From: the human T2T-CHM13v2.0 reference genome, Homo sapiens
NCBI RefSeq assembly: GCF_009914755.1
Contig: NC_060943.1
Length of the DNA: 64,000 nt
Strand: one strand, 5' to 3'
The notes under the pieces were generated by a model. It ran no database searches. It worked only from the letters and a program-made list of their open reading frames with translations, and was not told where the DNA came from. This document shows, in pieces, positions 55,091-64,000 of the stretch. How positions within the stretch are numbered: the first letter of the stretch is position 1; the number at the start of each line of letters is the position of its first letter. Made by a program: the position numbers and the translations under genes.

Positions 55091-55574
55091 TCACTTGTTT
55101 GTTTTTAATGTAACCACAGTGGCATTGTCCACCTACAACGAAGTTAATGGTAGTTCCTTGGTACCTGGCAATGCCCGGCCCGGACTCCATTTCTCCCCGC
55201 CCCTCGGCCCCCATGTCTCCTGTCTGCTTACAAAGGTGTCTTATTCAGATCAAGATCCAGACAGAGCTGTGGGCGCTGGCTCCTGGCAGCTGTGTCTTCA
55301 GCCACTTTGTGAGCTAGGCTGTCTTAATCTGACACCTGCCCCTTCCCTCTATCTGGAAACTCCTTTCTCTTCACAAATGACCCACTGGTCCTCAGAGGCC
55401 GGGCATCCTGCTAAGTGGTTTTTGTTCCATAGCTCCTGGGCACGCTCAGCCTTTCTTAGAGGGCAGGGACCCCACCTTTCCCAAGGACTGTCAGCTTGGT
55501 AGCCCCTGGCTGTGAGTTTCCACACAGACAGTGAACGTCACACACTTCCCTCTTATTGATTTTCCTCTTTCCAG

Positions 55575-55601
55575 CTCTGCGAAGGCCTGAGCCAGCCCTT
55601 G
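55575..55601 (+). CDS. Candidate 27-nt in-frame microexon (LCEGLSQPL) in CRTC1 intron 9; unverified
   Basis: Strong tract cttccctcttattgatttttcctctttccag|, donor TTG|gtgagg, phase 0-0, no stop. Confidence 0.45.
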
Positions 55602-56079
55602 GTGAGGGGCCATGCTGGTATCTCCAGCAACCCCAGCCTCTCCAGCATCCCCAGAGTGGGCAAGGCTTTGGGCGGGGGGGTTTGGGAAGGCAAGGCCAGT
55701 GGATCACTTGAGGTTTCCCCGCAGCACCCACAGGGGCTGGGAGCTGGCTGCTCACTGAGCCACCAGGGATGGCCATCCTGGGCTTGCCCTGCAGCTGGTG
55801 GACTGGCCTGAGCTGCACGGCATGTAGTGCGGGTGCAGGCACAACAAGCTGGAGGAGGTCAGGTCCTGCCCAGCTCCAGCTGACCCCCTTGGGGCCCTGC
55901 GTGAGGCCCACCCTCTCTAGCCTGGGCTCCCTCATCGTGAGGAGCACCCAGCCCAGGGGCTGCCTGTGATCACAGGGCCCTTCCACCTCGCCTGCTGAGC
56001 ATGCCAGGCTATGGGGGCCCGAGGGGGCCAGGCGCTGACAACCAGGGCCCGCCCTGCCTGACGCTCTCCTCTCCTGCAG

Positions 56080-56388
56080 GCTGTAGCCATGGACGCCCTG
56101 TCTCTGGAGCAGCAGCTGCCCTACGCCTTCTTCACCCAGGCGGGCTCCCAGCAGCCACCGCCGCAGCCCCAGCCCCCGCCGCCTCCTCCACCCGCGTCCC
56201 AGCAGCCACCACCCCCGCCACCCCCACAGGCGCCCGTCCGCCTGCCCCCTGGTGGCCCCCTGTTGCCCAGCGCCAGCCTGACTCGTGGGCCACAGCCGCC
56301 CCCGCTTGCAGTCACGGTACCGTCCTCTCTCCCCCAGTCCCCCCCAGAGAACCCTGGCCAGCCATCGATGGGGATCGACATCGCCTCG
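56080..56388 (+). CDS. CRTC1: CRTC1 exon 10 (309 nt, phase 0-0): [15 protein letters not shown]...Pro/Gln-rich tract...PSMGIDIAS
   Basis: Acceptor ctcctctcctgcag| and donor TCG|gtaagc. 103 codons; overlaps ORF 56089-57054. Confidence 0.96.
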
Positions 56389-58159
56389 GTAAGCCCAGGG
56401 TGGGGTCCCTCGGGGCCTGACTGGGGGTCTTGTAGAGGACAGCCCGGGGGCTGCAGAACAGTCGGGTTACCTGCTGCATGGGCCAGGGGTCAGAACCCCA
56501 GCGAACGCTGCCTGGGCCCACCTCTCCACGGGGCTACCCCTTGGAATCAAACTGAGACTGTCACTCCCTGTAGAGATGGAGAAACTGAGGCACGAGCAGG
56601 TGGCTGGCCCCAGATTCCACCCAAGGTGGGCCACCCCATGTTTAACTGCCGAGCACCCCTTCTTGGCCTCTCTGGCCCCTCCCACCTGAAGCCAGGCTTC
56701 CTAGGAGGCAAGAAGAGTACGGCGTTCTCAGGGCCAGGGCGCAGGCCGGGGGCCGGGGATGACGTGAGCTTATCAGAGAAGGAAAGACGAGGCCAGTCCA
56801 AGAGGCGGCAGCCCGTTGGGCACAGCGCCTGGGGCCCAGGGCTGGGGGCTGCAGCTCAGACCATTGGACTTTTCTGCCTAGGGCCGGCTCAGGCAGACAA
56901 AGGCTGGGCTTTAACCCTGTACCCACAAACCTTCCTGACTGTCCAGACCACCTGCTTGCTCCAGCGGCGCGGGCTGGGTGGCAAACAGCTGCATTGGGCC
57001 ACATCCAGGGAAACAGGGACTTGTGTTCCGGGCACAATGAGTCCTCCCACTTGACCCCGACTGCCAGCCCCAGGCTAAATGTCCTCCAAACATTGTGTGC
57101 TCTGCAAAGAACAGCCGCCTGAGCTGGGTGGGGCAGGCAGGTGAGCCTGTGGGTAGACACCCATGTTCCCAAGCTGCTCTGACCTCACGGAGGGGACCAC
57201 CCACGGCCCCTGGGTGGAAGAGTGCCCAAGTCCTTTCTTTGGTGGAAACACAGCAGGTCCTGGGGGAGGCTCCCAAGGTGGGGCCTCGCCTTGGAGCTGG
57301 GTGGTTCTTGGAGTCACAGGGTGTCTGGGCCAGGTGCAGGGACGGCCCTTCTAGGGCTCTTGGGTCAGGCTGTCCATGTCCAGCACCCTCACACAACAAA
57401 GACGGCTTCCTGCCCCCACTTCAAGGACTTCTAGCCTCCTGGGGTTGAGGGGGGACTCTTGAGTTTTTGCACAGACTCACCCAAATGAGAATCTCCCTCT
57501 GATCCCTTTGTCCTTTCCAACTCCAGGAAGGCCCAAGTCAGCCATCCCTAAGTAACAGTGCTGGCACCTCCATCACCCACGCAGGCGAGCTCACCGCCAC
57601 CCCCCGCCCTACCCCACCCCGCCCCACCTGGACTCAAGCCCTACCCCAAACTGCCCAGAAGGCGCCACCAAGGACATGGGGGAGACAGCAATTATAGGCC
57701 CTGGACCGGTCAGGCTGGGCCTCATTCAGTGACTGGCTCAGACAGGTCAGGCAAGTTGTCTGCAGGCACACAGCATGGCTGGGCCGTGCTAGGACAAGAG
57801 AGTGGTCTGAATCCGGGGCCTGGCCTGGCCCGACCTGCCTCTGAAAGTTCTGGGTCATAGCAGTGAGATGCCCGGGCCTTTCGTCCCTCGAGCAGGTGGA
57901 GGAAGTGACTGCCCCTTGCAGGTCTCAGATGGCATAACCCAGGCAGGTTTGTCCTGCAGCAGGGCAGGGATAGTGACTGCGCCATGCTGGGAGCCTGGGC
58001 TACCAGCAAGATGGCCTTCACTCAGTCCCCACCCCCAGAGGTGGGCCAGACCTGCTGGGCTGCAGACTTAGGGGCTTAGAGAGCCAGGGGACCTGCCCAG
58101 GGCACACAGTCAGCGAGAGCCGGGAACAGGAGGCAGCCTTGGGTTTTCCCTGCCCATGG

Positions 58160-58715
58160 CGGTGTGTGTGTGTGGGTTGTGGGTGTGCACAAGTGGGTGG
58201 GTGCGGGTGTATGTGGTGTGCACCTGCATGGGTGTGCATGCATGTGAATGTGTGTGCATGTGTGCATGCGTGGGTATGTACATTTGTGGATGTGTGGACA
58301 TTTGTGGATATGTGGACATTTGTGTGTGGATATGTGTGCTTGTGTGGGTGTGTGCACACGGTGTGTACATTTTGGTGTGTGAATATATGTGTGTGTGGGT
58401 GTGTACATGCGTGGGTGTGTCCATGTGGGTGTGGGTGTGCATGTGGGTGTGGGTGTGCATGCGTGGGTGTGTACATTTGTGTGCATGTGTGCATTTGTGG
58501 GTATGTACGTTTGTGTGTGGATGTGTGCCTGTGTGTGTGCATTTGTGGGTGTGAGTATGCGTGTGTGTGCATGTGTGGGTGTGCATGCATGGGCATGTAC
58601 ATTCATGTGTGGATATGTGCACATGTGTGGGTGTGCATGTGTGGGTATGTATATTCTAGTGTGGATATGTGTACACGTGGGTATGTCTGTGTGGGTGTGC
58701 ATGCATGAGAGTGCA
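58160..58715 (+). repeat. TG-rich degenerate tandem/low-complexity array (gtgtgcat / gtgggt units)
   Basis: Visible directly; it produces the His/Thr-rich and Val/Cys-rich pseudo-ORFs in the track. Confidence 0.9.
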
Positions 58716-59037
58716 CACGTTGCTATATGGCTCTGAGCCTGCTGAGTCAGGGCCAACCCTCTGATCACCCTCCTGTAGCTCCAAGAAGGAGGGCAGTTAT
58801 TCACCCTCCACGCCGTTCCTTCCTGGGTTCGGGGGCAGCTCCCCGGAGGGCTCAGGTACCCACCTTTCCTGCAGGTGTCCAGGCTCCTCTGCCTACCAGT
58901 GGGGTGGCGACCATCACCAAGGTGTGAGGGGCGGGGGGACCTGCCTGGGGGCTGATCAGGCTGCTCCCGGGAAGCAGGGACTGGAGCCCGGGCTTGGGCA
59001 GCTGGGCTGCGGCGTGCTGATCTGTCTGTCATCGCAG

Positions 59038-59142
59038 GCGCCGGCTCTGCAGCAGTACCGCACTAGCGCCGGCTCCCCGGCCAACCAGTCTCCCACCTCG
59101 CCAGTCTCCAATCAAGGCTTCTCCCCAGGGAGCTCCCCGCAA
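59038..59142 (+). CDS. CRTC1: CRTC1 exon 11 (105 nt, phase 0-0): [35 protein letters not shown]
   Basis: Acceptor tctgtctgtcatcgcag| and donor CAA|gtaagg. SP-rich. Confidence 0.95.
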
Positions 59143-62100
59143 GTAAGGGGCGCCGCCTCCCCCTTGGCCTGTGGGCTCCACGCTTGTCTTGTTCATGCCC
59201 CGTGTGTTCCCTGCCCACTGTCTGTCCTCATGCATCGCTCCTCATGCATGTCCTCATGCATCCCATCCCGTCCACGCCATCGGACCTGAGCTGTGCACCT
59301 ACCAGGCTGCACCAGGGCAGGAACCCCACAGGGTCCTTCCCAGGAGCCGCCAGAGCCTGCCTCTGCTGAACACTAGGTGGGGGTGTGCGTTAGTGACATT
59401 AGCGATGGCTGTGGCCCTGCCTGGATGTCCTCATTGAGTGGCCCAGGGACAATGCCCTCCACACCCAGTGTGTCACCCAGAGCATGAGCTGGAGCTTTAG
59501 GGACCCCCCCGACTTGGGGGTGCAGCTGAGGTGGCTGGCCCGCCCGCAGGGAAGGCGCTGACTCTGCAGCCCTGCTTTCCCCTTCACCCCATAGGCAGCT
59601 GTGTTTCTCCAGAACCACTGGCCCAGGAGGCTTCTCTGAGCCGCTCTGCAGTGTCTCAGGGCCCTTGTCCCCATTCCACAGACGGGAGACTGAGGTCAGC
59701 CTCAAACCTCACCCATCAGCCCTGGGTTTTCCTGTTGCACCCAGCACCGTAGGACCCTGGCTTGCTCACGCCCCAGCCACTCCAAGGTTCAGGTTCCTCG
59801 GAATGCCCCTTCGTTCTGCCTGGCCAGTGGAAGCGGCCAGCCTGGCTCCCCACTCAGCCTCCTCCTGTTGTACTTTGACATCAGGTGTGGCCAGTAGACC
59901 CCACATTCCATCTAGAACATTTGTCCGGGAGAAGGGGTGCCCACAAGGCCAACATCCAGCCGCCAACTTTTTTTACCCTGGCAGCAGAGCCTCCCCAGAA
60001 CCCCGCTATCCTGGGACCATCTCATCCCTGAAATTTCACCAAGCTGAGAAACCCCTAGCAGCCACTGCTGTGCCCGGGGCCCTGAAGCCATCCCTGTCCC
60101 CTGTAGAGGGGATGCTCTCGTCCTACTTCCCAGCTAGATAAAAGAGTCGCTCCTCCAGGGCTGAGGTCGGGCTCCCTTGTCCCAGGGCAAACCGTGAGCG
60201 CCACAGACAAGGACAGTGAAGCCCCTCTGCCCCCATCTCCAGCTCTCACACGTGTATAGGGACATCTGCCCCATCAGCCAAGGGCCGTCTGGGACCACTG
60301 CCTGTAGCCCCGTGTTCTGGAGGCAAGTTGGTGGGCAGCAGTGGTCTCGGGGAGGCATGGGGGTCAGCCTGGTGTCTGCGCATGCTTGGTCTGCCCGCAC
60401 TGGCTCTCTGAGCTCTCGGGCTCTGGCAGCGTGTCTGGTCTCGTCGTGTGGTACTGTTGGGGATGGGGCTGGAGGGGCTGGAGAAGCGGCAGGTGAGGCC
60501 TGTCCCAGGTGGGCAGCCCAGGTGGGGCTGGTTCCTGAGTGAGGTCCCTCTTGCATGTGAGACAGGACGGGACAGGAATTAGGAGTCGAGCCAGTTTCTC
60601 TCAGGAGAGAGTCACTGGAATGGTTGGTGAATTTTTGGGCCCCAAGCCAAAGCGGGTTAGTCTGCTGGGCAGCGAGCAGGTGGCGGTGTTGTCAAGCCCA
60701 TGTCTGTGTGTCTGGTGTCCGTCGTGCGCTGATGCAGGAGGCAGGCGGCTCATGGAGGTATAGGGACATCAGTACGGGGCTCTCAGGGGCAGATGGTTCT
60801 AGGTGGAGCCGAGACCTGCCTTCCCTCTGCACTGGGTCTCCGAGGACTCACCCATCGGTCCCACAGGCCCAGACCACCCCACACCTGCTGTGTCCTGCCT
60901 TGAGTAGCCACTGTGTGCACCCTAGCCAGGCCCTGGGCCACAGGCAGCTACCATTTGGTCCAGTTTGTGGCTCTCTCCCAACTTCAAGCTCACCTTTCTG
61001 GCAAGCCCTCATGGCAGGCTCACAGGGAAACCTCAGCCTGTGTTCCCCTGTGTATGCCAGGCCTTTTTGAGCCCAAGCCCTCAGGGACAGGATCAGGCGC
61101 TGTCCTGGAAGCCTGGTCCCACCCCACACCCCGAGCCCCAGGACAGACCCAGCTTCAGACCAGCTCTACGACAGCCAGGACATTACCTATTGCCTGCCTG
61201 CCTCCCTCGCCTCGGGCAAACCAAGCCGCAAGCTTGCGGTCCTTGTTTCCAAAACCTGAAGCCGTTGATTTTTAGGGCCAAGATAGCATTTTTGCCACAC
61301 GTGCTGGCCTTCCCTTCCTTGGGTCACCTTTTTACCTCTTCTCTGGCGTTTGAGTGGGACGTCCAACCTCACAAGCCTCCTCGCCCCAGGGTGAGCGTGT
61401 CTGTCTCTGTTGTCTGCCCACTGACCACCAGGAGCAACTGGTGGGTTTGTGGCCGGCCCCTCTCTGGGATTGAGGCCAGAGACTCAGGCGTTGGGATCTT
61501 CCTGGAACAAAGGGGATCTCTCTAGAACAAAGCTCAGATGGGGAGCTCCAAGGGAGAGGGCCAGGGCTTTGGGTCTGTGGAGACATTCACCTGGACGCCT
61601 TATAGGGCACATGCCTTACGCTATAGCTCTGAGAATGGCTGTGGGGCAGTGGCTTCCTGGGGACACTAGCCAGAGCTCCCAGCCCCCTGGATGCTGCCAG
61701 GCCTCCAGCAGCCACAAGGTCACACTGCAGCTGGGGTTCCCGAGGCCTCGTCCACGGCCACCCCCTCCTCGCCTCCACACCCCAGCCAGACCTCATCCCA
61801 CCATCTCTTGGGGAGGGGCTCCGAGTGTCTCCTTTCTAGCGTCTCCACCACCCATAAGGTCCCCTAGCCCCCTGCTCCTGTCAAGGGACAGCCCCTGTCA
61901 CCCTGCCTCTGAGAGCCCTGCTGGCCTCAGATAGCAGGAGTAGGGCCCCGGGTCCTGCAGGCTGGCAGCCCTGGGCAGGGGCTCTCCCTGTGCCTGTCCT
62001 GTGCTCTCTCAGCTGGTGGCTGGCTCTGTGCGCCCATCCTGTCCATGTACGTGGCCTGCGTCGTGTCCTTTGTCTCCTGTCAGGAGTCACCAAGTGCACT

Positions 62101-62495
62101 TTCTGTCCTGAATGTAACGTCTGGGCACTTCCCGCCTTGGCCCTGGTGACAGGTTCTCCTCTGGGGCCTGTTGGGTGGGGGTTCCTCATCCCTGTGGCCC
62201 CCAACTTCCCTGTGATGGAGATAGAGGCTGCCTTACCCAGGCTTGAGGAGAGGAGATGGGGATGGGGCCTTGGGAAGGGGCTTTCGGGTTGCAGAGGCCT
62301 CCCAGGAGCAGGTGGCAGAAAAAAAGTCATCCAGGATTGGGGGGCACTTCTGGAACCCCAAAATAAGCATCATCATCAGCCTCCTGCCGTCTGGGAGGTT
62401 CCAGGGGCCTCTTGTCTTCCAGCCGGGCTTGGGAGGTGCCGACTTCCCACCTGGCCTCAGGCCGTGACCACAGCAGGCCTCTCTTCTGTCTGCAG

Positions 62496-62582
62496 CACAC
62501 TTCCACCCTGGGCAGCGTGTTTGGGGACGCGTACTATGAGCAGCAGATGGCGGCCAGGCAGGCCAATGCTCTGTCCCACCAG
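62496..62582 (+). CDS. CRTC1: CRTC1 exon 12 (87 nt, phase 0-0): [29 protein letters not shown]
   Basis: Acceptor ctcttctgtctgcag| and donor CAG|gtgagc. Confidence 0.96.
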
Positions 62583-63236
62583 GTGAGCGGGCGCCCAGGC
62601 TGCCAGCCGGCCGGTGCCCAGGACAGATGCTTGCTGGGACCCTCGCTGGGACCCGGGCCTTGCGAGTCAGAGCTGCACGTGCTCGGGGGGCCCGTGCCTG
62701 CCCCTCAGCTTTGCCCCTCGGCCCCCGCCCCGTCCCATCTGCGGGCTATGGAGGCTGAGTCCCCGGCAGGGGTGGCCTAGCGCTGCCTCCCCTGGCATCT
62801 TTGCCCACCTACAGAGCGGAGGCCGAGGGCAGAGGGTGAGGGGGGGCAGGCAGCAAACGCCGGGCCAGACAGGGATGGGACCGTGGCTGTGGACGCGGCG
62901 CCTCGGCATGGACCGTGCACGCGGGTTTGCCGGGAGGTCGTGCTGGCTTTGCGTGGAGGCCAGGATCGGGGGCATCCAGGGGGCTTGGTGGCAGCCTGGA
63001 GCTGCTCACTCATTTGCTCATCCATTCATCCATTCATCCAGCCAGTCTCTAGGGTGGCGGGGAGGCCCCAGGTGGCGGGTGGAGTGGGGTTCGTGCTTGG
63101 CAGCCTGGGTGCCGAGCATCCTGCAGGGACAGAGTCCCCAGCTGCGGGCAGGACAGCCACAGCAGCCAAGGGCTTGGGGTGGCCAGCTGGGCAGGCCCGC
63201 GGTGGCCCTCACAGCCTGGTGTGCCTCCCTTCCCAG

Positions 63237-63417
63237 CTGGAGCAGTTCAACATGATGGAGAACGCCATCAGCTCCAGCAGCCTGTACAGCCCGGGCTCCA
63301 CACTCAACTACTCGCAGGCGGCCATGATGGGCCTCACGGGCAGCCACGGGAGCCTGCCGGACTCGCAGCAACTGGGATACGCCAGCCACAGTGGCATCCC
63401 CAACATCATCCTCACAG
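63237..63417 (+). CDS. CRTC1: CRTC1 exon 13 (181 nt): [21 protein letters not shown]...[10 protein letters not shown]
   Basis: Acceptor cctcccttcccag| and donor CAG|gtgagg. Ends in the conserved PNIILT (PxIxIT-type) motif. The final exon, with the transactivation domain, is beyond the window. Confidence 0.96.
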
Positions 63418-64000
63418 GTGAGGCCAGGCCGGGGGCGCGTGTGCGGCGCCCCAAGGGGCCTCAGCCCGTGCGGAGACAGCCAGAGACTGCTGTCCCGCAG
63501 CAGGAGGGTTGACAGGGCCGGGGTTGTGACCCAAGCTTGATGGGGGCCTGAGGAGGCCACACCCCCTCTCCCCTGAATTTGACTCACTCCTGGGCTTCGG
63601 GCCAGGCCAGGCCAGGGAGATGCCTCTGGACCAGACGTCCCGTGCATAGGATAGAGACGGTCACTCTCCCCTCTCGGCGGCCTCCTGTCTGGCCAAGCAG
63701 CCCGGGTAAAGGTGAAGCAGCCGGGTACACGGTGCCCACTGCCCAGGCCACTGACCTGTCAGCTGAATGTGCACCAGGGTCAGGGACGGCTGTGGGGTGG
63801 GCCCTGTCTGGTGAGCCCAGCCTGGGCAGCCAGCTAACAGGTCAGGGCCGTGATGCACCGTGACAACCACGCCCAAGCAGTCTGAGCACGGCGCCTGGGC
63901 TCCTGGGGACAAGCCAGCCCCGTCCTGCATGGCACATATCAGGAAGACCCGGCTCCATCTAGCACAGAACCCAGACCCTGTCTCCCTGCTGAAGAAGATG

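Noticed and set aside
56389-57054. ORF continuing ~220 codons past the exon 10 donor
   Set aside because: There is a good donor (TCG|GTAAGC) and the CRTC1 sequence resumes in exon 11. The extension looks like chance GC-rich read-through and I saw no nearby AATAAA.
58018-59032. His/Thr-rich (minus strand) and Val/Cys-rich (plus strand) ORFs up to 318 aa; similar ORFs at 4159-4876
   Set aside because: Artefacts of TG/CA low-complexity repeats, which lack stop codons.
61355-61390. Possible 36-nt in-frame exon (WDVQPHKPPRPR) with donor AGG|GTGAGC
   Set aside because: It needs a rare GAG acceptor, and the alternative TAG acceptor at 61274-61275 gives a frameshift. Too weak without transcript data.

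Overview
Primate (almost certainly human) genomic DNA that is GC-rich and very Alu-dense. It contains most of the CRTC1 gene (TORC1/MECT1, CREB-regulated transcription coactivator 1; 19p13 from background knowledge) on the + strand: the distal ~30 kb of intron 1, coding exons 2-13 and a 48-nt alternative exon. Exon 1 and the last exon lie outside the window. I located every exon by hand from splice sites and translation, and together they give one uninterrupted reading frame. Residue numbers assume the 42 codons of exon 1 that I recall. Almost all ORFs in the supplied track are spurious (Alu, low-complexity or GC-rich chance ORFs). I found no new multi-gene system. The most interesting signals concern splicing: (1) intron 3 is a minor-spliceosome (U12-type) AT-AC intron with a competing AG inside the branch-point window; (2) there are two frame-preserving candidate cassette exons absent from the CRTC1 isoforms I recall, a 27-nt microexon in intron 9 (55575-55601) and a 39-nt exon in intron 1 (15922-15960); (3) exon 11 is bracketed by a TGCATG/UG array upstream and a YCAY cluster downstream. 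Repeat boundaries and subfamily names were judged by eye and are approximate.
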